From the NCBI GenBank assembly GCA_030390025.1, contig CM059431.1, positions 97,962,001-98,026,000 on the forward strand: a stretch of 64,000 nt of DNA, in the 5' to 3' direction. The position numbers and the translations under genes are program-made. Below are positions 53,901 to 61,820 of this stretch, piece by piece. Within the stretch, counting starts at the first letter, position 1, and each line of letters opens with the position of its first letter. The notes under the pieces are model-generated. The model saw nothing but the letters and a program-made list of their open reading frames with translations. It was not told the origin of the DNA and did no database searches. The DNA comes from Squalus acanthias (taxonomy: Eukaryota).

Positions 53901-56900
53901 TCATTGAATTCCATTTGATGTCTCCCTCACACATGTTCCTCATAGATTCTAAAACAGTTCAAAAAACATTCTCTTTCCTTGCCCAATTTAACTCTTTACA
54001 ACTCCTAGATATTTTTGCATCCTATTTCATTATATCATTACATTATAGGACTCTTGCATTAAATATTAAAGTGGTGTTTTGCCCAGGGCCAGGTGACAAA
54101 CGTGTTTAAAAAACAATAAGCTGGCAATGGAGTTGGGAGAAGATTTCAGAAATTTGATCGGTGGAGCCACTTAGTGGCCAGAGTTTGCAACTACATCGTG
54201 ACAGTTGACATAGGAAAATTGAATGGGAAATGTTGAAATAGCAGAATTTCCTCTCAATGAGGAGAAATTATTTTACAGAGCAAGTTGTTATGATCTGGAA
54301 TGCGCTGCCTGAAAGGGTGGTGGAAGCAGATTCAATAGTAACTTTCAAAAGGGAACTGGATAAATATTTGAAGGAGAGAAATTTGCAGGGCTGTGGGGAA
54401 AGAGCAGGGAGTGGGAATAATTGGAGAACTCTTTCAAAGAGCCGGCACAATGGGCCGAATGGCCTCCTTCTGTGCAATAAGATTCTATGTTTCTTTGAAC
54501 ACAGGGTTTTTTTTTAAACAATTTAAACTCTCGATGTGGTGAGAATGCAGGTCCATTTGGCAAAGGCTGGCTTTCCCAGTTCTGATAATGTTGTTCGCTC
54601 TCACCCTGCACGTGATGTATTTCAGTAACATTTACTTACAGGGAAGCCCAACAAAGCAGGAAACCCGGGTGGTCCCATTTCACCGGGAACTCCTCTCGTT
54701 CCATTGCATCCATCGTGTCCGGGAGGTCCCCTGGGGCCTGGTTGTCCTGGGTGACCCTACAACAGCAACAGTCTCATCACAAGATCCAGCTAAGCGAAGA
54801 CAGTTCTACTGTTCCTACTGAATGATAAACTCTAGGAACCAACATCAAATCAATAAAACAACCATCTCCTTTAAATCCAGTTACAGTTTATATAAAGCTC
54901 TGGTCAGACCCCATCTGGACACTACATTCAGTTCTGGGCCCCACACCTCAGAATGGATATACTGACCTTGGAGGGGGGGCAGTGCAGATTCACCAGAATG
55001 GTATTGGGGCTAAAAGGGTTAAATTACGAGGACAGGTTGCACAGACTAGGCCTGTATTCCCTCGAGTGTAGAAGATTAAGGGGTGATCTAATCGAGGTGT
55101 TTAAGATGATTGAAGAAGTTGATCGGGTAGATAGAGAGAAACTATTTCCTCTGGTGGGGGGAGTCCAGAACAAGGGGGAATAACCTTAAAATTAGAGCCA
55201 GGCCGTTCAGGGGTGATGTCAGGAAGCACTTCTTCACACAAAGGGTGGTGGAAATCTGGAACTCTCTCCCCCAAAAAGCTGTTGAGGCTGGGGGTCAATT
55301 GAAAATTTAAAAAATGAGATTGATAGATTTTTGTTGGGTAAGGGTATTAAGGATTACAGAACCAAGGCGGGTAGATGGAGTTGAGATACAGATCAGCCAC
55401 AATCTCATTGAATGGCGGAACAGGCCAGAGGGGCTGAATGGCCTCCTCCTGTTCCTATGACTTGGTTACTGCCCTTCACTGAATCACCCCCTTCCCAGGA
55501 ATCTCTGAATCAAGCAATCAGATAGTTCCCAGTTAGGGTAGATACAAAGAAACTACTTCCTCTGGTGGGGGAATCGAGGATGATACCAGGGCTGAATGGG
55601 TTAATTTCTGGGGCCAGGTTGCATAAACTTGGTTTGCCTTCCCTTGCGTTTAGACGGTTGAGGGGAGATCTGATCGAGGTGTTTAAACTGATAGCTCGAG
55701 GGGCCGATTGGCCTACTCCTGCTCCTGTTTCTTATGAGAGAGATCCCATAATGCAATTGCCAGGAGACTTGTTACCGCCGCCCCTCCCCCCCGCCCCCCA
55801 GACCGTGTACTTACCGGTATCCCATCATTCCCTGCAAATCCGGGGACACCCATTGGTCCCTGTTTTAAAACAAGATAGCGAACAGATCGAGTAAGCAATC
55901 GAGTTAATGCAAGTCACAACACACATTAAACCTCACATTCCTGAGTTACCAGTGATGTGGACCAGCGCAGCTTTAGGGTTGGACTTTACAAACGTGCACT
56001 CCCGGTTTGGAACACGCCACGTGGAATGTGTGCCGGGGGTTGTCGGGACTGCTGGAGACAGGCTGCAGCTGGGAGAGGAGCTTGGAACGGTGCAGTTCCG
56101 GGTCTCTGGCCTGCTGTCCACGTTGGGAGCGCGGGCTGGGGGAACCAGCGAGATCGGGTGAGAGATCGGTTCTGCAATAGTCGCCTTCACTGGCCGAATT
56201 CCTGATGGCCACTCCCAACTCGCAAGGCTTGCCAATAGGGAGCGCAACCAGTGATGGATAGCGCGGCCTCACTGGGAGAGGGTGGGAGGCTGGTAAACGG
56301 GCTAAAGACAGGCGCTGGGAATCTCCGCCATGGTTCTCCCGAAATCCCGCCGTACTTTCGATGGAAGATCGGAGCAATCTCGGAGAGACGGTGCAAACTG
56401 CCAAAGGGTCAGGAATTTGGGGAATTGGGATCTCACCTCTTTAAACAAGTTTTGCTAAATTGCATGGGGGAGGGGTGGTGTCGGGGAGGGGGTATGTTCC
56501 ACCTGTCCCTCCTGACCTCAAGGACGGGGGCTATCTGGGGGATGTTCCTGAGCTACCCTGTGAATTCCGCCCAGTATGTCCTTGGCAGTCCCCAGGGTAA
56601 CCCATGCCAGCGAGGCCTCAGGAAAGGCTCCAAGCCATCGGCAGGTGGAGATCATCGATCCCGGATGTGCCCCTTTAGCTGCTCGATGAGCTGAGGAGTA
56701 AAAAACTCGCCTGTGATCGGCTCCTTCCCAGATTTGGTGTCTCTGGTCTGCTGAACAAGCGCAGGTAGAGCAGAGCCGCAGGGATTTCAGGCTGTGTAGG
56801 TGCACAGGGTTTACGGGGTAAATGTTAGGAGGTTGTGACGGTCACTGTGCCTCCAATTTACCAGCGATTTATTGAAATGACCAGTAAACCTGGCCTCACA

Positions 56901-57735
56901 CACTTTACCCTAAATATATCACACTGGAAAGATGGTGGTGATATTTCTGGCAGTACCGGTTCCCTACAAGCCTTGGCAAATAAATAGATTTCTGTCAGAA
57001 AATAACATTTTGTGCTCCAGTATCTGAGTAATTGGAGACATGAGGTGTGGTGAATGTAGCGAGCTCGGGAGGAACAGGTGACTTTGGACCTCTGGTTCCC
57101 AAAGCTCTCCACCACTGGGGGTTTTCCCCACCTCATGTCTGGGTCTGTTGTAGACTCATTGATAGAGATTGATCGCTGTGATTGGTCAACAACTCCATTA
57201 TCGTTGGATCATGGGACTACCAGGATGGGAGAGGGTGAACTAGATGGACCGTGGTCTTTTCTCATCCAGCGATTCCGATGTTCCTAATGGTGAGTTAACT
57301 GGAATCTGGTGATAACTATTCCAAGGATTGGTTAGTGGGTTCCAGTGTCCACCAACTCGGCCATCAGATCAGTCACTGAAGCAAGCAATATCCCTCTGCC
57401 CTATTCCCTTGTAGCCACGACTGAATCTCAGTTCAACTACTTAAAGCCCAGTGGCCAATTTGGACATCATCACAAACAGGATGTTGAATTATTTCCATTA
57501 ATGAACAATGTCCAATCAGTCGATGCACTGGGAACCGCACAGAAATATTGGGCCGTTCAATTGGTTTTCTGATCAGTTTAAATGATTGTGTTATACCCAC
57601 CTTGTCTCCGGTATGTCCAGTCAATCCGTCTGTGCCTCTGTAACCTTTGTGTCCCTTATATCCAGGCACTCCCTGACGCCCACGAGGCCCCGGTGGGCCC
57701 TGAGGCCCCTGAACTCCCGGGATACCCGGCCGGCC
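3198..57735 (-). CDS. Type IV collagen alpha chain, even-numbered (alpha2/alpha4/alpha6) class; partial multi-exon gene (24 exons in window)
   Basis: 24 GT-AG exons splice in frame to Gly-X-Y with interruptions; 7S motif [25 protein letters not shown] motif; exon size run 135-45-117-69-36-63-36-42 matches the recalled COL4A2/4/6 pattern. Confidence 0.95.
3407..3472 (-). CDS. Collagen IV exon, 66 bp
   Basis: cag|(A)[22 protein letters not shown]|gtagcg; phase 1-1. Confidence 0.88.
3605..4270 (-). mobile_element. LINE 3' fragment, second non-LTR family
   Basis: [33 protein letters not shown]2 C-terminus; same family as 39757-40500. Confidence 0.85.
5250..5312 (-). CDS. Collagen IV exon, 63 bp, non-collagenous Cys-loop interruption
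   Basis: tag|(G)[20 protein letters not shown]|gtagcg; phase 1-1; positioned like the alpha2(IV) loop exon. Confidence 0.8.
5510..5750 (+). mobile_element. Degraded tRNA-derived SINE, same family as 2715
   Basis: gagttcaaatcccaacagggc head, gtccttcagggaagg core, ctagggatgggcaataaat tail. Confidence 0.6.
5926..6870. repeat. 45-bp minisatellite, about 21 copies
   Basis: unit cgattccctgggatcaccaatcatagaatcacccctaccgtacac. Confidence 0.95.
7125..7372 (-). mobile_element. CR1 3' fragment
   Basis: [28 protein letters not shown] and 3' motif. Confidence 0.85.
7694..8203 (-). mobile_element. L2 LINE 3' fragment
   Basis: [26 protein letters not shown]; (caa)n tail. Confidence 0.9.
8204..8705 (+). 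mobile_element. CR1 3' fragment
   Basis: [22 protein letters not shown]. Confidence 0.88.
9024..9216 (-). CDS. Collagen IV exon, 193 bp
   Basis: cag|[65 protein letters not shown]|gtaagt; phase 0-1. Confidence 0.93.
9278..9578 (-). mobile_element. L2 3' fragment
   Basis: same tail and sequence as 7694 copy. Confidence 0.88.
10030..10220 (-). mobile_element. CR1 3' fragment
   Basis: matches 7125 copy. Confidence 0.8.
10322..10428 (-). CDS. Collagen IV exon, 107 bp
   Basis: cag|(G)[35 protein letters not shown]|gtaagt; phase 1-0. Confidence 0.92.
10576..11318. mobile_element. GC-rich non-autonomous DNA transposon (MITE-like, possibly PIF/Harbinger)
   Basis: TIRs GGGGGAAAAATTCAG / GGGGTAAAAATTGAG, flanked on both sides by CTG; no coding capacity. 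Confidence 0.75.
11798..11980. repeat. CT-rich low-complexity tract
   Basis: cctcccctccccccatcttc repeats. Confidence 0.85.
12088..12169 (-). CDS. Collagen IV exon, 82 bp
   Basis: cag|[28 protein letters not shown]|gtacag; phase 0-1. Confidence 0.9.
12670..13520 (+). mobile_element. Deu-domain SINE (SacSINE1-like) with internal 33-bp array (about 12774-13261)
   Basis: tRNA head (tggctcagtgg, ggttcaaagtccc), Deu core cgtctttcggatgagacgttaaac, L2-like tail. Confidence 0.88.
13735..13889 (-). CDS. Collagen IV exon, 155 bp (CAC motif)
   Basis: cag|(G)[51 protein letters not shown]|gtaagt; phase 1-0. Confidence 0.93.
14365..14868 (+). mobile_element. L2 3' fragment
   Basis: [25 protein letters not shown]. 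Confidence 0.9.
14959..17483 (-). mobile_element. CR1 LINE, 5'-truncated within endonuclease; ORF2 with one frameshift near 16065
   Basis: MGDFN, SDH, RT motifs in 486 aa + 336 aa ORFs; (ttctatgt)n tail. Confidence 0.96.
20160..20654 (+). mobile_element. Penelope-like element 3' fragment
   Basis: [20 protein letters not shown] (GIY-YIG C-terminus) followed by hammerhead-bearing terminal region; atacaggaa on both sides. Confidence 0.85.
20521..20557 (+). ncRNA. Minimal hammerhead ribozyme motif (Penelope-associated)
   Basis: agtt-CTGATGA-aaggtcttcgacct-GAAAC-GTT-aact. Confidence 0.7.
20658..23212 (+). mobile_element. Full-length Tigger/pogo DNA transposon (2555 bp)
   Basis: TA flanks; imperfect 26-bp TIRs CAGGAAACTCTT-N6-CCGGCACC; transposase inside. 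Confidence 0.95.
21143..22908 (+). pseudogene. Tigger/pogo DD32D transposase (Jerky/TIGD-like), one frameshift near 21410
   Basis: HTH start [51 protein letters not shown]; 32 residues between 2nd and 3rd Asp. Confidence 0.9.
24073..24625 (+). mobile_element. CR1 3' fragment, different subfamily
   Basis: [22 protein letters not shown]; (tatgattc)n tail. Confidence 0.9.
24816..24887 (-). CDS. Collagen IV exon, about 72 bp
   Basis: tag|(E)[24 protein letters not shown]|gtaagg; acceptor chosen for frame compatibility. Confidence 0.82.
24990..25145 (-). CDS. Collagen IV exon, 156 bp
   Basis: tag|(G)[51 protein letters not shown]|gtcagt; phase 1-1. Confidence 0.9.
25718..26180. mobile_element. 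GC-rich MITE-like element related to 10576-11318
   Basis: start resembles reverse complement of the 11250-11318 end; shared ttagcgcc and ttaaaggggag motifs. Confidence 0.55.
26722..27170. repeat. (GA)n/(GACA)n microsatellite
   Basis: direct. Confidence 0.95.
27429..27539 (-). CDS. Collagen IV exon, 111 bp
   Basis: cag|(G)[37 protein letters not shown]|gtacgt; phase 1-1. Confidence 0.9.
27622..31085. repeat. 17/18-bp minisatellite, about 3.46 kb, roughly 200 copies
   Basis: unit C5-6-gatatagaaaca. Confidence 0.97.
31880..32130 (+). mobile_element. Degraded CR1 3' fragment
   Basis: ggaaatctggaactctct and gatcagccatgatct motifs. Confidence 0.7.
32245..32308 (-). CDS. Collagen IV exon, 64 bp
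   Basis: cag|[22 protein letters not shown]|gtatgt; phase 0-1; contains RGD. Confidence 0.9.
33410..33700. repeat. G-rich tandem tract (ggggacggtgatggtgggggtggggtg-like)
   Basis: direct. Confidence 0.9.
34118..34352. repeat. GA-rich low-complexity tract
   Basis: direct. Confidence 0.85.
34435..34640 (-). mobile_element. Deu SINE 3' half
   Basis: ttgaagtgtagtcactgttgtaatgtaggaaac motif. Confidence 0.8.
34738..34791 (-). CDS. Collagen IV exon, 54 bp
   Basis: cag|[18 protein letters not shown]|gtaatt. Confidence 0.9.
34967..35343. repeat. Minisatellite, about 35-43 bp unit, about 10 copies
   Basis: gggactccctgagccagatgttctggacaggggca. Confidence 0.9.
36090..36835 (+). mobile_element. CR1-like 3' fragment with long 3' UTR
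   Basis: [11 protein letters not shown] remnant, [14 protein letters not shown]; same family as 2245-2520. Confidence 0.8.
36921..37921 (-). mobile_element. CR1 3' fragment (1 kb)
   Basis: KFADDTK and QRDLGV-HLEYC-RTRGH motifs. Confidence 0.93.
38070..38114 (-). CDS. Collagen IV exon, 45 bp
   Basis: tag|[15 protein letters not shown]|gtgagt. Confidence 0.9.
38205..38267 (-). CDS. Collagen IV exon, 63 bp
   Basis: tag|[21 protein letters not shown]|gtaagg. Confidence 0.91.
38490..38543 (-). CDS. Collagen IV exon, 54 bp
   Basis: cag|[18 protein letters not shown]|gtgagt. Confidence 0.9.
38705..39035 (-). mobile_element. CR1 3' fragment
   Basis: [26 protein letters not shown]. Confidence 0.85.
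39757..40500 (+). mobile_element. LINE 3' fragment, same family as 3605-4270
   Basis: [34 protein letters not shown]; agggatgggcaataaatgc tail. Confidence 0.88.
41015..45282 (-). mobile_element. Deu SINE with expanded 33-bp array (41143-42162 and 44721-45180), interrupted by CR1
   Basis: tRNA head 45200-45282, Deu core 41015-41142, array continuous across the CR1. Confidence 0.88.
42163..44720 (-). mobile_element. CR1 LINE, 5'-truncated, two frameshifts
   Basis: [30 protein letters not shown]; (ttctatga)n tail. Confidence 0.95.
45424..45513 (-). CDS. Collagen IV exon, 90 bp
   Basis: cag|[30 protein letters not shown]|gtaaaa. Confidence 0.9.
46020..47172 (-). mobile_element. CR1 3' fragment (1.15 kb)
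   Basis: RT motifs [12 protein letters not shown]; (ttcttatg)n tail. Confidence 0.93.
47518..47559 (-). CDS. Collagen IV exon, 42 bp
   Basis: cag|[14 protein letters not shown]|gttggt; resembles the GNxGxxFxGxKGxK exon of even chains. Confidence 0.88.
47598..48058 (-). mobile_element. Full-length Deu SINE with a single 33-bp unit
   Basis: tRNA head, Deu core, L2-like tail. Confidence 0.9.
48237..48452 (+). mobile_element. CR1 internal fragment
   Basis: [20 protein letters not shown]. Confidence 0.85.
48492..48590 (+). pseudogene. H2B: Histone H2B 5' fragment (33 codons) fused to CR1
   Basis: [33 protein letters not shown], an H2B N-terminal tail ending just before the expected ESY. Confidence 0.88.
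48591..49010 (+). mobile_element. CR1 3' fragment
   Basis: [26 protein letters not shown]; tgggccaaatggcctcc 3' motif. Confidence 0.88.
49150..49492 (+). mobile_element. Degraded CR1 3' fragment
   Basis: [18 protein letters not shown]. Confidence 0.7.
50118..50962 (-). mobile_element. CR1 3' fragment interrupted by an L2 piece (about 50619-50865)
   Basis: [18 protein letters not shown] at 50870-50962 continues below 50618; L2 (caa)n tail at 50619. Confidence 0.85.
51037..51072 (-). CDS. Collagen IV exon, 36 bp
   Basis: tag|[12 protein letters not shown]|gtagga. Confidence 0.88.
51210..51272 (-). CDS. Collagen IV exon, 63 bp
   Basis: cag|[21 protein letters not shown]|gtatgt. Confidence 0.9.
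51281..51741 (-). mobile_element. Full-length Deu SINE abutting an exon acceptor
   Basis: tRNA head, Deu core, tail ending ttctttctttc. Confidence 0.9.
52106..52141 (-). CDS. Collagen IV exon, 36 bp
   Basis: cag|[12 protein letters not shown]|gtaagt. Confidence 0.9.
52436..52790 (-). mobile_element. tRNA-derived SINE with LINE-derived 3' tail
   Basis: core matches 2715 copy; tail matches 3620-3710. Confidence 0.8.
52858..53030 (+). mobile_element. CR1 fragment
   Basis: [23 protein letters not shown]. Confidence 0.8.
53130..53198 (-). CDS. Collagen IV exon, 69 bp
   Basis: tag|[23 protein letters not shown]|gtgagt. Confidence 0.92.
53245..53685 (+). mobile_element. Penelope-like element 3' fragment
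   Basis: [19 protein letters not shown] plus hammerhead-bearing terminal region as at 20160. Confidence 0.85.
53551..53587 (+). ncRNA. Minimal hammerhead ribozyme motif
   Basis: agtt-CTGACGA-agggtcatcgacct-GAAAC-GTT-aact. Confidence 0.7.
54256..54490 (+). mobile_element. CR1 3' fragment
   Basis: [20 protein letters not shown]. Confidence 0.85.
54640..54756 (-). CDS. Collagen IV exon, 117 bp (7S, CNGT N-glycosylation sequon)
   Basis: tag|[39 protein letters not shown]|gtaagt. Confidence 0.94.
54885..55460 (+). mobile_element. CR1 3' fragment
   Basis: same subfamily as 8204-8705. Confidence 0.88.
55815..55859 (-). CDS. Collagen IV exon, 45 bp
   Basis: cag|[15 protein letters not shown]|gtaagt. 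Confidence 0.93.
57601..57735 (-). CDS. Collagen IV exon, 135 bp (7S region)
   Basis: ttctag|[45 protein letters not shown]|gtgggt; phase 0-0. Confidence 0.93.
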
Positions 57736-57794
57736 CTAGAAAGAAAGTAAATCTGTGAACTGATGGATGGTCACATGTTTTACAATGGTAACGG

Positions 57795-57896
57795 TACAGC
57801 GTCGCTCCAGATACAGCGTCGCTCCAGATACAGCGTCGCTCCAGATACAGCGTCGCTCCAGATACAGCGTCGCTCCAGATACAGCGTCGCTCCATA
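57795..57896. repeat. 17-bp tandem repeat, about 6 copies
   Basis: unit tacagcgtcgctccaga. Confidence 0.92.
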
Positions 57897-57899
57897 CAC

Positions 57900-58062
57900 A
57901 GGCCATTATCTCATTGCTGTTTGTGGGATCTTGCTGTGCGCAAATTGGCTGCCACGTTTCCCACATTACAACAGTGACTACACTTCAAAAGTACTTAATT
58001 GGCTGTAAAGCGCTTTGGGACGTCCTGAGGATGTGAAAGGCGCTGTATAAATGCAAGTCCTT
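57900..58062 (+). mobile_element. Deu SINE 3' part
   Basis: cattgctgtttgtgggatcttgc to aaggcgctgtataaatgcaag. Confidence 0.85.
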
Positions 58063-58277
58063 TGTTTACTGGTCTAGGCATTGGGCTCCTCATCGTTAGA
58101 AACCGGACGAGGTTGCGGTCGCACAGGCTTGCGCCAGATCAGGATTCCCAGTATCAGGCTGTGACACTGATCGATCTACGACACTGGGCTATCCGTCTAG
58201 CAATGACTGTCAGGGATAATGTTGAACGAATGCTCAGCGCGTTTGTGTGACTTTACACTGCCAGATATTTGTAAAGA

Positions 58278-59141
58278 GGTGGAAAAATTTGGTTGATTAG
58301 CGCCTCCCATTAGTGCCCTAAGAGGGCGCTAATGGGGCACAAAACAACTAGCGCCCGGGCGCGGCGATGTTTGCGCCGCTCGCGAAATTGACGACATTTT
58401 GCAGCGGCGCTAAACACTACCGCCACGATCTCCTGCACCCGCAGATCGTGACATCAGTCGAGTGCGCAACGCCCCAGTAGCGCCCCGGACCGGATATTGA
58501 GTGGCGCCCCCTGCCTTACCGCCTGCCGTTTTGCAGTCAGGAAGGGACTGGGGGAGCACTATTTAAAGGCGACCGCTTCCTGCCTTTTTTTGTCGGCGAC
58601 ATTTTTGCACCACGCATTCTGAGAGAGAGAGAGAGACTTCTGGAGAGATTCAACGCTGTGTGTAGGAGTTTTGGGTACTGAGCAGCACTTTGCAGGTTCA
58701 TTTTGATTTGACCTTCCTTGCATCGATTTAGAAGAGACTGTGGGGGCTGCACTCTGAGCTCTTTCCCTGGGCCTCTCCATTGCTCTTTTCAGCAGATTTG
58801 ATGTACAGGTCTCTCCAGGCTGAGATTCATGGCTGCAATGAGCAGGGTGTGGGTGGAGAACAAGTTCGACCCTCCCCTTTAAGAATTGGCCGGCGCCATT
58901 GTGTCTGTGTTCCATTGCTGACTGACATCACATGAGCTTCACTAGCGCACTGAGGTAGCGCCTCGCTCCTCGGCCTTTGTGCCTTAAGAGAGGTGTGTAG
59001 CGCCTGATTTAGCGCTCCAATCACCTCCAGGGGCGATAGAGGCCAAGTTTGCAGTCAGAGGCGATAATTAGCGCCAGGCGCTAAACTTTGCGCCCGGCTA
59101 ATAATTGCACCCCAAACGGGGTGATACCGAATTTCTACCCC
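58278..59141. mobile_element. GC-rich MITE-like element, family of 10576-11318
   Basis: TIRs GGTGGAAAAATTTGGT / GGGGTAGAAATTCGGT; shares gcgcctcccRttagtgccYtaagagggcgctaatggggc. Confidence 0.72.
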
Positions 59142-59477
59142 ATGGTGCCTTTGTTAAGATAAGGAACAGAGGGATGTGTTAAGTATTTGCCCATATTTAT
59201 CACCGATTGATTTTATATGAAAATATATTTCATCGGTCCAAACCTCAGTCTAATATTCAAAATCATACTTCGACTAGTTTGTGTTCTGGGGCACAAGTCC
59301 GTCCGCTCGATTCGAACGTAATGAAGAGAATGTCTTGCCCGAAGTCCTGATTTACAGTCCCATGCGAAGCTTCCAATTCAGTCTACATTCAGTCACCGAG
59401 CTCACCCCTTCGTTTTACATTATACTGAAATTCTGCTTTGCAACGAAAAGTGATTGGTGAATTCAGATAGAAAGGGT

Positions 59478-59845
59478 CCTTGTTTTCAAATCCCTCCATG
59501 GCCTCGCCCCTTCCCATCTCTGTAACCTCCTCCAGCCCTGCAACCCTTCGAGATCTCTGCGCTCCTCCAATTCTGGCCTCTTGCGCATCCCCGATTTCCA
59601 TCGCTCCACCATTGGCGGCCGCGCCTTCAGCTGCCTGGGCCCCAAGCTCTGGAATTCCCTCCCTAAATCTCTCCGTCTCTCTCTCCCTCCTTTAAGACGC
59701 TCCTTAAAACCTACCTCTTTGACCAGCAACAGAAAACGCTGGAAAAACTCAGCAGGCCAGGCAACATCCGTGGAGAGAGAAACAGAGTTAACGTTTCAGG
59801 TCGAAACCCTTCGTCAGAACTTGGTGTCAAATTTTGTCTGATTAC
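59478..59845 (+). mobile_element. L2 3' fragment with an inverted Penelope piece at about 59725-59821
   Basis: GPKLWNSLP coding; ggtgtcaaattttg resumes after the insert. Confidence 0.82.
59786..59821 (-). ncRNA. Minimal hammerhead ribozyme motif
   Basis: reverse strand agtt-CTGACGA-agggtttcgacct-GAAAC-GTT-aact. Confidence 0.65.
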
Positions 59846-60145
59846 AATTTGGTGACTGGAGACTGATTTGCATCAGAACCACTAAATCTTTAGTAAAAGT
59901 GAAAGGTTTATACAATCTGAAGTGAAATCTTAAAGTCCTTCATTTCATGTTTCTAAGAAAAGATTATTGGATGTAATAATCGATGATTCCACTGGGGGGC
60001 GGTGGGAAACCAGGGAGAGAATTAAAGGAACCGTCAATACAATGACTGAGATACTCCAATCACAGGAAACGTTACAGAATGATCAGCTTCTATTTATATT
60101 CTCTTTTTATTATGTTACGAGTGCCAGTTGGACAGTCCTAACTTC

Positions 60146-61025
60146 ACTGTCGGAGGGGCAGTACTGAGGGAGCGCCGCACTGTCAGAGGGGCAGTACTGA
60201 GGGAGCGCCGCCCTGTCAGAGGGGCAGTACTGAGGGAGCGCTGCACTGTCGGAGGGGCAGTACTGAGGGAGCCCCGCACTGTCAGAGGGGCAGTACTGAG
60301 GGAGCGCTGCACTGTCGGAGGGGCAGTACTGAGGGAGTGCCGCACTGTCGGAGGGGCAGTACTGAGGGAGCGCTGCACTGTCGGAGGGGCAGTACTGAGG
60401 GAGCGCCGCACTGTCGGAGGGGCAGTACTGAGGGAGTGCCGCACTGTCGGAGGGGCAGTACTGAGGGAGCGCTGCACTGTCGGAGGGGCAGTACTGAGAG
60501 AGTGCCGCACTGTCGGAGGGGCAGTGCTGAGGGAGCCCCGCACTGTCGGAGGGGCCGTACTGAGGGAGTGCCGCACTGTCGGGGGGCAGTACTGAGGGAG
60601 CGCCGCACTGTTGGAGGGGCAGTACTGAGGGAGTGCCGCACTGTCGGAGGGACAGTACTGAGGGAGTGCCGCACTGTCGGAGGGGCAGTACTGAGGGAGC
60701 GCTGCACTGTCGGACGGGCAGTACTGAGGGAGCGCCGCACTGTCGGAGGGGCAGTACTGAGGGAGCGCCGCACTGTCGGAGGGGCAGTACTGAGGGAGCG
60801 CCGCACTGTCGGACGGGCAGTACTGAGGGAGCGCCGCACTGTCGGACGGGGAGTATTCAGGTTATCTGCTGTTTGTGGGATCTTGCTGTGCGCAAATTGG
60901 CCGCTGCGTTTCCTACTTTACAACAGTGACTACACTTCAAAAAAGTACGTCATTGGCTGTAAAGCGCTTTGGGACGTCCCGATGTCGTGAAAGGCGCTAC
61001 AGAAATGCAAATCTTTCTTTCTTTT
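60146..61025 (+). repeat. 33-bp Deu-SINE-derived array (about 21 units, to 60849) joined to SINE 3' part
   Basis: cagtactgagggagcgccgcactgtcggagggg units, then tgctgtttgtgggatcttgc and tail. Confidence 0.92.
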
Positions 61026-61464
61026 CTTATTAGCTCCAATTGTAACCTCACAGGGCTGGAGCGTAAAATGAAACGTTGTGTAAAGTGGGTGTCTGACCCC
61101 AAACCATCCCGTTACCCTCTGGGTGGGTCAGTTTAAAATCAGGACTCTTGGCAAGAGCAGAGTTGAAGATCTGGTCAGCTTTATGGACGGGAAACCGGAA
61201 GTGGGATGAATTGTGCGCCCAGTCCACACTCCCATCAAGTGAGAGAAAGAACCTTGCATTTCTATAGCGCCTTTCACAACCTCAGGGCGTCCCAGAGCGC
61301 TCTTACAGGGAGGGCAGTTAACTCCGAGTTGAGAGGGCAAGCTGAGCTAAGATGGAGATGGAAATACTGTACCACACTTGGAGCAAACCTCTCAGTTCTG
61401 GTGTCCTCCTTGTAAATCTTTATTGCACCTTCTCCAGTACCTCTAGATGCTTTTTATAATATGG

Positions 61465-61820
61465 GGCTCTGGAAAATAGAAGGCTGAGGGATGACCTGAT
61501 AAAGTTCTTTAAAATTGTGAAGGGGTTCGATAGGGTAGAGCGAGAGGAGACGTTTCCACTTGTGGGGGAGACCAGAACTCGGGGCCATAAATATAAGATA
61601 GTCACTAATAAATCCAATAGGGAATTCAGGAGAAACTTCTTCACCCAGAGAGTGGTTAGAATGTGGAACTCGCTCCCACAGGGAGTGGTTGAGGCGAATA
61701 GCAGAGATGCTGATAGGGTGAGATGAAGTAGGGTGGGAGCAGGCTCGTGTGGAGCAGAAACACCGCCATAGACCAGTTGGGTGGAATGGCTGGTTTCTGT
61801 CTTGTAAATTCAATGTAACT
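61465..61820 (+). mobile_element. CR1 3' fragment
   Basis: [29 protein letters not shown]; subfamily of 38705. Confidence 0.85.
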
